From Polyangiales bacterium (GTDB taxonomy: Bacteria > Myxococcota_A > Polyangia > Polyangiales > Polyangiaceae): 64,000 bases of DNA. Of the stretch, positions 1-8,806 are shown piece after piece (the first letter of the stretch is position 1; each line of letters opens with the position of its first letter). Location of the stretch: NCBI GenBank assembly GCA_038231275.1, contig JBBRLQ010000004.1:256001-320000 (forward strand), in the 5' to 3' direction. The notes beneath the pieces were generated by a model, which saw nothing but the letters and a program-made list of their open reading frames with translations, was not told where the DNA came from and did no database searches. The translations under genes and the position numbers were made by a program.

Positions 1-35
1 GGCATAGGCTCCGCCTATCTCCCGGCAGAGACCCC

Positions 36-980
36 ATGGATCTGAACCATCTCCGCTATTTCCAAGCGATCGCGACGTCGGGCAGCCTGACGGCCGCGGC
101 GAAATCCCTCCACGTGAGCCAGCCGACGTTGACCGTCGCGATGCAGAACCTCGAGGAGCGCCTCGGCACGACACTGCTCCTCCGTGATCGCAGCGGCGTG
201 CGCCTGACCGCCACCGGCGAAGAGCTGCTCCGCCACGCCGCCGACGTGTTCGCGCTCGTGGAGCGCGCGGAGCAGCAGATCAAGGGGCTCGAGAAGGAGG
301 ACGTCGGGGACTTCACCATCGGCTGCCACGAGTCGCTCGGCGCCTACTTTCTGCCGCAGTTCATGGCGCCGTTCCTGAAGACCTACCCGCTCATCGCGCT
401 CTCGCTGTGGAACGGCACGAGCGCGCTGGTCCAGCGCGCGGTCGTCGAGCGCAACGTGCATTTCGGTCTGGTGGTGAACCCGCAGCCGCACCCCGATCTC
501 GTGATCATCGAGATGTTCCGCGACGCGGTCGATCTCTTCGTGGCGGTCGACGCGCCGCCGCCGTCGGTGTTGATTCCTCTGTCCGAGCGCATCGCGCTCC
601 TGGAGGAGAACGACGACGAGGAGCTCATGAACGCGAAGCATCGCATCCGGCGCGGGCCGCTCGTGATGGCCGGGCGCCTGTCGCAGTCGCGCGATCTCGT
701 CGATCGCATCGCTGCCGCAGGGCTCATGCCGACGCGCACGCTGTCGTGCGGCGACCTCGAGCTCGTCAAGAGCCTCGCGCTGGCCGGCGTCGGCGTCGCG
801 CTCTTGCCGCGGCGTGTGGCGGCGTACGGTCACGAGGGTCGACTCCGCCGTCTTCACCCCTCGTTCCCGAGCTTCCCCGACGTCATCGCGCTCGTCTACC
901 GAGCAGACATGCACAAGACGAAGGCCGCGATCCGCCTCAAGGACGCCCTCGTCACGTACGGCAAGGCGCTCGACAACTGA
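36..980 (+). CDS. LysR-family transcriptional regulator
   Basis: N-terminal HTH (LRYFQAIATSGSLTAAAKSLHVSQPTLT) followed by a LysR substrate-binding domain (LVKSLALAGVGVALLP). Confidence 0.95.
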   Translation: MDLNHLRYFQAIATSGSLTAAAKSLHVSQPTLTVAMQNLEERLGTTLLLRDRSGVRLTATGEELLRHAADVFALVERAEQQIKGLEKEDVGDFTIGCHESLGAYFLPQFMAPFLKTYPLIALSLWNGTSALVQRAVVERNVHFGLVVNPQPHPDLVIIEMFRDAVDLFVAVDAPPPSVLIPLSERIALLEENDDEELMNAKHRIRRGPLVMAGRLSQSRDLVDRIAAAGLMPTRTLSCGDLELVKSLALAGVGVALLPRRVAAYGHEGRLRRLHPSFPSFPDVIALVYRADMHKTKAAIRLKDALVTYGKALDN

Positions 981-1007
981 ATTTTGCGCGCGTCCGACCT
1001 TGAAGCG

Positions 1008-3107
1008 TCAGCGCTTGAAGAGGCCGAACAGCTTCCCGAGCACCCGTCCGAGCTTCGACGTCGGCAGCTGCCACGTGGGCTCCATCTGCGGCCCGTCGTA
1101 CTTGCCGAGCTCCCTCAGGATCTCTTCGACGGGCTTGGTGCGATCGAGCTTCAGCGGCAGCGCGCGTCCGGTGCGGGCGTTTCGCGCCTCGATCGCCATG
1201 ACGCAGTGGTCGTCGAAGCTGATCCGAACCGTGACCCGTCCCTTCTCCCACAGCGACGGATCTTCGACCACGGCCGAGCAGAGGTACTCGTTGCGACTGG
1301 CGTCCGTCGACTCGCCCTGGAAGATGGGGAGGCTCACGCTGCCGAGGATGTCGGCGTCGAGGGTGACGACGCGCTCGGTTGGGATTCGGCTATTTTTCTC
1401 GACGATCGGGACGAAGCGAAGGCCGGTCACGCCGTAGCCGATGCTCATGGGGAGGATGTCGAGGAGCGTCGGGCCCGAACCCGAGCCGATCTCGGCGGCG
1501 AGGAGCGCGGCGCCGAGGGCAACGGCTTCGTCGGGGTTGATGCGCTTGCTCGGCCTTCGTTTGAAGAGATCGGCGACCGCCTTCTGCACGGCAGGGATGC
1601 GCGTCGTTCCGCCGACCAGGAGCACATCGTCCACGTCCGTCTCGGGCGACAGGCCTGCCGACTGCATGACCTCCTTCGCGATCGTCAGCGTGCGCTCGAT
1701 GAGCGGGCGCATGAGCTGCTCGAACTGCTGGCGCGTGATCTCCACCGAGAGCGCGCGCCGCGGCTCGCGCGTGAACTCCGGCAGCTCGACGACGTACTCG
1801 GTCTGCACCGACAGCGCGCGCTTGGCGAGCTCCGCCGCCCCACGAAGCCGCGCGATCTGCTGCGGCTCCGGATCCACGTCGATCCCCGCCTCGCGCTGGA
1901 ACTCCGCCAAGATGTGCGACGCCAGGAGATCGTCGAAATCGGAGCCACCGACGAAGTTGTCGCCGCCGGTCGCGAGCACCTCGAACTCGTCGTCGCCGAG
2001 GTTCACGATCGAAAAATCGAACGTGCCGCCGCCGAAGTCCCACACCGCCACGCGCGTCTTCTTCCCCTTTTGCTTGTGGCCGTAAGCCACGGCGGCCGCG
2101 GTCGGCTCGTTCACGATGCGGTGGACGGTGAGGTTCGCGTCCTTGGCCGCGCGCCGGACCGCCTCGCGCTGCACTTCCGAGAAATACGCGGGGACGGTGA
2201 TGACGGCGGCCTCGACCTTGGTCTTCAGGTACGCCTCGGCGGCGTCGCGGACCTCTTCGAGCACGCGCGCGGCGATCGCGTCCATGCTGATGACCTTGTC
2301 GTCGATGCGGACCCCGAAGCGCTGCCCCTCTGCCTGCGCGAGCGGATACGCGAAGTGCTTCTGAAGCTCGGCGGCGACCTCGTCACGGTATGTGCGGCCG
2401 ACGAGGCGCTTCGATCCATAGACGGTGCGCAGCGGGTAGAGGATCTGGCGATCGGCGGCGCGCTGGCCGACGTGCCATTTGCCGTCGGGATCGAACGTGA
2501 TCATCGACGGAATGGTGTTCGTCCCGGTACGGCCCGGGATGATCTGCGGTCGCCCGTCGACGACGTACGAGGCGCACGTGTTCGTGGTGCCGAGATCGAT
2601 CCCGATGATCAGCTTCGCGGCGGCAACCGCGAGCGGCTCGATCTGAGGCTCTACTTCGTCTTCCTCGGGCGGCGCGTGGACCGAGACCGCGCGCGGCGGG
2701 GCATCTGCACGCGCCTTGGCCTGGAGGTGCTCGCCGGGCATCGGCGGCGGCCCGCCGATCTTGCCCGGCAAAGGCGGCGGCCTCGCCGGATCCGACGCCT
2801 TGAGCGAAGCGACCACGACGGGATCGATCCCGAGCGCGAGGAACGAAATCCCCATTCGCCCGGCGCCGGCGTCGACGCGCATGACTTGCGCGAGACCGGC
2901 GGCGAGCTTCTCTCCTGCGTCGTCGAGCAGATCGAACCGGATCTCGTCACCGACCTTGGCGACCGCTTCGGTCATGACGAGCGCGCCGGTGCTGCTCACG
3001 TCACGAAGGCGGTCGGTTTGCGTGTCCCCCTTGCCGGCCACGTACCATTGGATTCGAACGTACGACGCGAGCCGCGGGTGACTTCGGCGATCGGTGCTTC
3101 GGGACAA
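1008..3107 (-). CDS. PilZ domain-Hsp70 (DnaK-like) fusion protein
   Basis: N-terminal RSHPR and DVSSTG (PilZ RxxxR/DxSxxG); Pro-rich linker; Hsp70 motifs IDLGTT, TVPAYF, NEPTAAA, DFGGGTFD, VGGTTRIP, NPDEAVA; TTG start with GGAGG upstream. Confidence 0.92.
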   Translation of the reverse strand: MSRSTDRRSHPRLASYVRIQWYVAGKGDTQTDRLRDVSSTGALVMTEAVAKVGDEIRFDLLDDAGEKLAAGLAQVMRVDAGAGRMGISFLALGIDPVVVASLKASDPARPPPLPGKIGGPPPMPGEHLQAKARADAPPRAVSVHAPPEEDEVEPQIEPLAVAAAKLIIGIDLGTTNTCASYVVDGRPQIIPGRTGTNTIPSMITFDPDGKWHVGQRAADRQILYPLRTVYGSKRLVGRTYRDEVAAELQKHFAYPLAQAEGQRFGVRIDDKVISMDAIAARVLEEVRDAAEAYLKTKVEAAVITVPAYFSEVQREAVRRAAKDANLTVHRIVNEPTAAAVAYGHKQKGKKTRVAVWDFGGGTFDFSIVNLGDDEFEVLATGGDNFVGGSDFDDLLASHILAEFQREAGIDVDPEPQQIARLRGAAELAKRALSVQTEYVVELPEFTREPRRALSVEITRQQFEQLMRPLIERTLTIAKEVMQSAGLSPETDVDDVLLVGGTTRIPAVQKAVADLFKRRPSKRINPDEAVALGAALLAAEIGSGSGPTLLDILPMSIGYGVTGLRFVPIVEKNSRIPTERVVTLDADILGSVSLPIFQGESTDASRNEYLCSAVVEDPSLWEKGRVTVRISFDDHCVMAIEARNARTGRALPLKLDRTKPVEEILRELGKYDGPQMEPTWQLPTSKLGRVLGKLFGLFKR

Positions 3108-3163
3108 GGAGTTCCTCCGTGCGAGACGGGACGAGAAGCGGCGGTCTCGCCTAAACTATCAGA

Positions 3164-5344
3164 TCAGGGGCGGCCTGGCGCGGCGGTGAAGGCGAAGGTC
3201 GTGTTCGGCGCGAGGGCGGCGCGCAACGTGACGCGACGACCGTGGATCTCCGTCGCGCCGCATGACGCGCACGTGAAGCTCTTGAGCGCGTCGCCGAACT
3301 CGAGCGTGAGATCGGTCACTGCGAACGCGCCGGTCTTGAGCGAGCCCGCGTAGCCGCCCGCTGCCGTGTAGGTCGCGTCGAGCTGCACGCCCTCGCGCGC
3401 GCGCCAGAACGCGCCGAGGTCGCCCATCGTCAGGTTCGTGCGGACGCCGCGCTTGGTGGTCGCCTCGAGGAATTTGTCGGCGACGTGGAGCTTGTTCTTC
3501 AGGTTGTCGGGCCCGACGCCGCGCCCATAGGACGGGTGGAGCAGCGCGGTGGTGAACGCAAAATTGTCGGCGTTGCGGAGCACAGCGTACGACCACAGCG
3601 AGATGAACTTCGCGGCGTTGTTGGCCTGCATCTCGACGCGTGTGTCCACCCCCTCCACGACGGTGCCGAGCCCGTCCTCGATCGCGATGGGGAATGTGTA
3701 GAGTGCACGTTGATGGAACGTGTCGCGGCTGAGGCCGGTGCGCGCGAGGGAGATCGGTAGGTTGAATTTGTAGTCGCCGACGGCGAAGCTCGAGTCCGCG
3801 ACAAAGCCCTCCGACTCGAGCACGTCGTAGAGCGACGGGTGGACGTAGAGGTAGGGGCTCCGCCACGCGATCGGCTTCGCGCCAGTCTCCTTCTCGATGA
3901 GCTCGCTCGAGACGCGAATTTCGCCGCACAGGCTCGTCGCGCGCTCCGGCACGTACGTGGCGTAGGTCTCCTGGCAGGTGCCCTGCGGCTGCTTGCTGAA
4001 CGTGTCGGCGTGACGGACCGAGTGCGCGCCGAGCGGGCACATCCCCAGGTCGCAGAGGGAGTGGAGCGTGTCGGGCGTGTAGTAGCCGGATACATAGTCC
4101 GTGGTGATCAGGAACGTGCCGCGCGCGCCGTGAGCGCGCTCGAGCTCGGCGACCTGTTGCGCGCCAGGCTCTCCCCACGTGCCGTTTTTTTGGGCGTCGG
4201 GGGCGTCGACGTCGTGCGTGAGCAGCATCACCGAGTCGTCGGGACCGGGCGCGGGGTGCTTGAGGACGAGGTGACCTCGGGCCCCTTCGCGCATCGCCTC
4301 GCGCAAGAAGAGCCCGATGAGATCGCCGGAGGGCTCGAAGCAGTTCACGTAGCAGCGGTAGTGGCCGAAGGTGTGGAGATCGTGGCCGAGCGCGTAGACG
4401 GCCCCCTGCCCCACCTGCCGCCGCGTGACCATGGCGCCGGCGGGGGCGCCCCTTACGATCGCGTGGGCGACGACGGTGGTGCTGGCGCTCGACGGCTCCA
4501 TCACGTAGCCCTCAACCGGGTTCTTCGCCTGATCGTTCGAGAGGGGGACGCTGCGCTCTTCGGGGCTGTCGAAGGCGCGGGCAGCGACGGCGAGCGCTCC
4601 GTCGAACGCCAGCGCGTCGATGTCGAGCCGCCGTTCGCTGCGCGTGATCCCCGCGATGGCGAGGAGGTTCGTGCCGGCGTCGACGACGGGCTTGGTCAGG
4701 ACCACGACGCCGCCGCCGGTCGCGAACGCCTCGAGCGCGCTCCGCTGGGCGTCGTCGATCACGCTACCGAGGAGGTACCCGGGGACGACGACGAGCGCGT
4801 ACGAGGAGAGGCCCGCGAACGCGCCGCTCCAATCGGTGCGCGGCGCTGGGCGATCGTAGGGGACGCCCCACTGCTCGAGGACCGACGCGATGGTGTCGAC
4901 CTCCTCCGGCCCATCGTCCCAGATGTAGTTCGGCACGAGGAGAAGCGCGCGCGGGTGCGTGTCGACCGCCGCGACATCGTCGATGGCGCCGTTGCAGTCG
5001 TTGTCGACGCCGTCCAAGACCTCGGGAGCCGGGCCCGGCGCCATGCACACACGCGCGCCTCCCTGGCATGCGGCGTGCGCGGATCCGCACGCAGGCGCGG
5101 CGCCCACGCACGCGTTCGCGTCGACAGGCATGAGGACGTCGACGAGGCCGTCGCAGTCGTTGTCGATGCCGTCGCATCGCGTCTCGACGTCTTCTCGATC
5201 GGGAGAGTCGGCCGCGAGCGCGCACGGCGCGGCGGGAGGCGTCGTCGCCGGCGTCGCTCCGGCGCCCGGGTTGACGGTGCACGACGCCGAGACCGCGACC
5301 ACGCCGAGGAGCGCCGCTGCGCGACCACGCGACAGGAGGGCCAT
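3164..5344 (-). CDS. Lipoprotein with Cys/Asp repeats and CE4-type polysaccharide deacetylase domain (catalytic motifs intact)
   Basis: Start re-assigned to ATG 5344 (MALLSR...VSASC lipobox); repeats DGIDNDCDG and DGVDNDCNG; CE4-like motifs THDVD, HSVRH, RSPYL, LLHP. Confidence 0.8.
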   Translation of the reverse strand: MALLSRGRAAALLGVVAVSASCTVNPGAGATPATTPPAAPCALAADSPDREDVETRCDGIDNDCDGLVDVLMPVDANACVGAAPACGSAHAACQGGARVCMAPGPAPEVLDGVDNDCNGAIDDVAAVDTHPRALLLVPNYIWDDGPEEVDTIASVLEQWGVPYDRPAPRTDWSGAFAGLSSYALVVVPGYLLGSVIDDAQRSALEAFATGGGVVVLTKPVVDAGTNLLAIAGITRSERRLDIDALAFDGALAVAARAFDSPEERSVPLSNDQAKNPVEGYVMEPSSASTTVVAHAIVRGAPAGAMVTRRQVGQGAVYALGHDLHTFGHYRCYVNCFEPSGDLIGLFLREAMREGARGHLVLKHPAPGPDDSVMLLTHDVDAPDAQKNGTWGEPGAQQVAELERAHGARGTFLITTDYVSGYYTPDTLHSLCDLGMCPLGAHSVRHADTFSKQPQGTCQETYATYVPERATSLCGEIRVSSELIEKETGAKPIAWRSPYLYVHPSLYDVLESEGFVADSSFAVGDYKFNLPISLARTGLSRDTFHQRALYTFPIAIEDGLGTVVEGVDTRVEMQANNAAKFISLWSYAVLRNADNFAFTTALLHPSYGRGVGPDNLKNKLHVADKFLEATTKRGVRTNLTMGDLGAFWRAREGVQLDATYTAAGGYAGSLKTGAFAVTDLTLEFGDALKSFTCASCGATEIHGRRVTLRAALAPNTTFAFTAAPGRP

Positions 5345-5391
5345 TGGAACACGATAGCAGGCGCCCCGCGCGCGTGGTGTAGCGTAGCGGA
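5345..5391. promoter_or_regulatory. Compact bidirectional promoter region with probable leaderless -10 boxes
   Basis: TAGCGT (5380-5385, +) and TGcTATCGT (5351-5356, -) each lie exactly 6 nt upstream of an ATG; no Shine-Dalgarno. Confidence 0.55.
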
Positions 5392-7563
5392 ATGGTCCGC
5401 CGCGCCGCGCTCGTCCTCGCGCTCGCCGTGGCGTGCACGGGCACGAACGCCCCGCGATCGACCGTCCCCACCACGCCCGCCGCGCCGAAGGTTGCCGCAC
5501 CGTCTCCCACCACGCCCGCGCCCGATCCGCTCACGGTGCGCGACGGCGATCGCATGGTCGAGGTCGCCTGCAACGGACTCGATGACGACGACGACGGCCT
5601 CGTCGACGTGCTCGTCCCCTCCTCCGTCAACGCGTGCCGCACGGATCGTCCGGGGCCGTGCGGCACGGGGCACGCGGCGTGCGTCGCCGGTCTTCGCGCG
5701 TGCATGACGCCGCCGCCGATGCCCGAGGTTCGTGACGGGATCGACAACGACTGCAACGGCGTCGTGGACGACGTGCGGTCCGAGCCGCAGCATCCCCGCG
5801 CGCTCGTCGTCGCGCCGCGCTACGCGTGGACGGACGCGGCGCCCGACGTCGCCAACGTGACCGCGGCGCTCGCCCAGGCCGGAATTCCCTTCGAGAAGCA
5901 GAGCGCCGGCACCGAGTGGGACGCTGCGCTCGCGACGCTCGACGGGTACTCGCTCGCCGTCGTCCCCGGCTACCTCATCGGCGCGACGATCTCCAAGACG
6001 GCGCGGGCCGCGCTCGAGCGCTTCGTCACGCGGGGCGGCGTCTTGGTCGTGTGGAAGCCGCTGGGCAAGCCGGAGCAAATGCAGGCGTGGGATCTCTGCG
6101 GCCTCGCGAGCGGCGTGCGGCGTCGCGACGTTACCGAGCTGCGCGTCGAGGGGGCGTCGGCGCTGACGGTGGATCTCGATCGACCGGAGGAGAGGACGCT
6201 GCGCATCAACGAGAAGCCCGGGCCGAATGGCGTCGAGGTGTGGGCATTCGAGCCGCGTCCGGGAACCGAGGTCCTGCTCCGTGCATACGCGGGCGACAAG
6301 GCGGTGGGGGCCGCGGTGACGCGACGCGCGCTCGGCCGAGGCGCCGTGTACGCGATCGGGCACGACCTCGCGACGTTCGACGCCCCTCGGTGCTACGTGA
6401 ACTGCTTCGAGCCGGCGGGCGACGTGATGCGAATGGCGCTCGAGGGGGTGTTCCGTGAGAGCGCCGCGGGCCACGTCGTCCTCGCGCACACCGCGCCCGG
6501 CGAAGCGTCGTCGGTGCTGCTGGTCACGCACGATCTCGACGCACCCGACGCGCAGAACGCAGGCGAATGGGGGGACCCTGGCGCGATCCAGGCGGCGCAC
6601 GTTCTCCGAGGCCACGGCGCGCGGGCGACCTTCAACGTGACGACCGACGCCCGCGCCGGGACCTTCAACGCCGAGACGCTGAAGCAGCTCTGCGCGCTGG
6701 GCATGTGCCCCCTCGGCGCGCGTGGGGTCGGGCGACCCTCGACCTTCGCGACGCTCCCGATGGGGACATGCAACGAGACGCGCGCGACGTACGGCGCCGC
6801 AGCAACGCTCTGCGGCGAGGTCCGCGTCTCCCTGCAGCTCCTCGCCGAGGTCACGGGCGAACGGCCACGCGTGTGGCGCTCCCCCTTCCTCGCGATCCAT
6901 CCGAAGCAGTACGACGTTCTCGCGCAAGCAGGCGTCCTCTACGACTCGGGACACGCCGTTGGTGACCTGCCGCACAACCTGCCGCTCGATCTCGCGGCGG
7001 TCGGGGTGCACCAGGACCGGTTCCATCACAGGCCCATCCTCGAATTTCCGATCGCGCTCCAGGACGGGCTCGACGTCGTCGAGGAGGGCAAGCGCCGCCA
7101 CCTCGACCTGGGCGCGTCGAACGAGCACATGTTCGCCTCGCGTTGGGACTACGTGCTCTTGGCGAACGCCGAGAACCGCGCGGTCACCACGCTGTCGTTG
7201 AGGCCGTCGCGCGGGGGAGACGCAGGCGACGACGCGATGAGGGCCAAGATGACGGCGCTCGATCGCATCCTCACGCGCGCCGCGTCGACCGGCGCGGCCG
7301 TCGTCTCGATGGATCGCATGGGAGATTTCTGGCGCGCGCGCCTCGACAGCAGGATCGACGCCACGTGGGAGGGCGCCGCCTACAAGGGGTCGATCCTCGC
7401 GGGAAAGGCCACCGCGCCGGGCGTGACGTTGGAGTTCGGCGACGAGATCGCCGCGTTCTCGTGCCCGGAGTGCCGGGGTGACGCGCGCGTCGTCGGCAAG
7501 CGCGTCGTCCTCCCGCCCCTCGAGGCGGGCCGACGCGTCGAGTTCACGGCACGGACGCGGTAG
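5392..7563 (+). CDS. Lipoprotein, full-length paralog of the 3164-5344 deacetylase with degenerate active site
   Basis: Lipobox LAVAC; DGIDNDCNG repeat; shared blocks RCYVNCFEP, THDLDAPDAQ, LGMCPLG, WRSPFL; HSVRH is replaced by RGVGR and LLHP by SLRP. Confidence 0.8.
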   Translation: MVRRAALVLALAVACTGTNAPRSTVPTTPAAPKVAAPSPTTPAPDPLTVRDGDRMVEVACNGLDDDDDGLVDVLVPSSVNACRTDRPGPCGTGHAACVAGLRACMTPPPMPEVRDGIDNDCNGVVDDVRSEPQHPRALVVAPRYAWTDAAPDVANVTAALAQAGIPFEKQSAGTEWDAALATLDGYSLAVVPGYLIGATISKTARAALERFVTRGGVLVVWKPLGKPEQMQAWDLCGLASGVRRRDVTELRVEGASALTVDLDRPEERTLRINEKPGPNGVEVWAFEPRPGTEVLLRAYAGDKAVGAAVTRRALGRGAVYAIGHDLATFDAPRCYVNCFEPAGDVMRMALEGVFRESAAGHVVLAHTAPGEASSVLLVTHDLDAPDAQNAGEWGDPGAIQAAHVLRGHGARATFNVTTDARAGTFNAETLKQLCALGMCPLGARGVGRPSTFATLPMGTCNETRATYGAAATLCGEVRVSLQLLAEVTGERPRVWRSPFLAIHPKQYDVLAQAGVLYDSGHAVGDLPHNLPLDLAAVGVHQDRFHHRPILEFPIALQDGLDVVEEGKRRHLDLGASNEHMFASRWDYVLLANAENRAVTTLSLRPSRGGDAGDDAMRAKMTALDRILTRAASTGAAVVSMDRMGDFWRARLDSRIDATWEGAAYKGSILAGKATAPGVTLEFGDEIAAFSCPECRGDARVVGKRVVLPPLEAGRRVEFTARTR

Positions 7564-8806
7564 CCCAGAGCGTCGAGCGATCCCTCGGGCGGGCGAGCTC
7601 GAAGCGCACGAGCTCGACCCAGGCGGTCCCTGCGATGCTCGGGCCGGTGTCGAAGAGGTACGGGACCTCGAGCGTCGCGGTGGGCAGCGCTCCCTGCGCG
7701 TCGCGAAGCGGCTCGAGCGCGTCGAGGATCGCGGCGGCGCGCTCTGCGTGCCCGAGGCGCCACGCGGCAAGCGCGACGCCGGCGCTCCCCTCTGGCCACA
7801 CCGCCTCGAGGTGCTCCCAGGTCTGCGCCGGGAGGCTGCGCGAGAAGCGCGCCATGAGCAGCGTGTCCTCCAGGACCGGACCGCGTGCTTGTGCGCGGTG
7901 CCCGCTCACGGCCAGACGCGCGAAGCGCGTGGCGTACTCCTCGTCTGCCGAACGGTACGCGACCTCGGCACGCTTCGCGTCGCCGTTCGCGACGAGGAAG
8001 AGCGCGCCCCACGACGCGCAGTCGAGCGCGCGGAGATCGTCGCGCTCGCCGCCAGGGCCGGCGCCGCGCGCGAGCTGGCCGAGGTCTGCCCGCCACGCGC
8101 GCGTGAGGCCCTCGGCGATGCGAACCGCCCCCCGCGCGTACGCGTCGGTGCCGGTCACCCGCGCCAATGCGCGGAGAAAGAAGTACGCGTCGATGTTGTG
8201 CTCCGTCGACACCCACGCGATCGGACCGACGCGCAGACGCTCCGTCACTCGGCCACCGTCGAGCTCATAGACGAGGACGCCGGAGCCACCGGTCACGAGG
8301 CCGTCGCGCGCGTCTCCCGCCACGTCGACCTGCCGCGATAAGAGGTAGCTCGCCGCGCGGTGGGCGAGGCGGAGGGCGTCCGCGCGTGCATCGCCGCCTG
8401 GCTCCGCGTCGAGATATTCGGTCGCGGCATAGCCGACCCACGCGACCGCGCCCGCGCGGACGTAGGCGCGCGCGGACTCGACGTCGCCTCCCGCGAACGA
8501 GAACGGCAGCGCGCCGTCCTCACCTTGCAGCGACGCGAGGCCGCGCAGTACGCTCCCGGCGCGCCCGCGCTGCCCGTGCCGCAGGAGAACGAGGGCTACG
8601 AGCGCGCTGTCGTAGACGGCGAAGCGCTGGCGCGTCGCATCCGTCAGCGCGAGCTCGCCAGATCCACGCGGCGACGAACGGAGCGTGCGTACGAGGTACT
8701 CCGTCGGCGTCGACGTCACGAGCGCGGGCGCGCGCGGGCGCGATGGCTCGGTGGTCGCGCCGCACGCGAGGAGAAGCGACAGCCCGAGGGCCGCCGCGCG
8801 GCTCAT
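7544..8806 (-). CDS. Lipoprotein, putative six-hairpin (alpha/alpha)6 glycosidase-like protein
   Basis: Start re-assigned to ATG 8806 (ATGA overlap with the upstream stop); lipobox LLLAC; motifs YDSALVAL, STEHNID, LDCASW, VWPEGSAG, PSIAGTAW; fold is inferred. Confidence 0.6.
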   Translation of the reverse strand: MSRAAALGLSLLLACGATTEPSRPRAPALVTSTPTEYLVRTLRSSPRGSGELALTDATRQRFAVYDSALVALVLLRHGQRGRAGSVLRGLASLQGEDGALPFSFAGGDVESARAYVRAGAVAWVGYAATEYLDAEPGGDARADALRLAHRAASYLLSRQVDVAGDARDGLVTGGSGVLVYELDGGRVTERLRVGPIAWVSTEHNIDAYFFLRALARVTGTDAYARGAVRIAEGLTRAWRADLGQLARGAGPGGERDDLRALDCASWGALFLVANGDAKRAEVAYRSADEEYATRFARLAVSGHRAQARGPVLEDTLLMARFSRSLPAQTWEHLEAVWPEGSAGVALAAWRLGHAERAAAILDALEPLRDAQGALPTATLEVPYLFDTGPSIAGTAWVELVRFELARPRDRSTLWATASVP

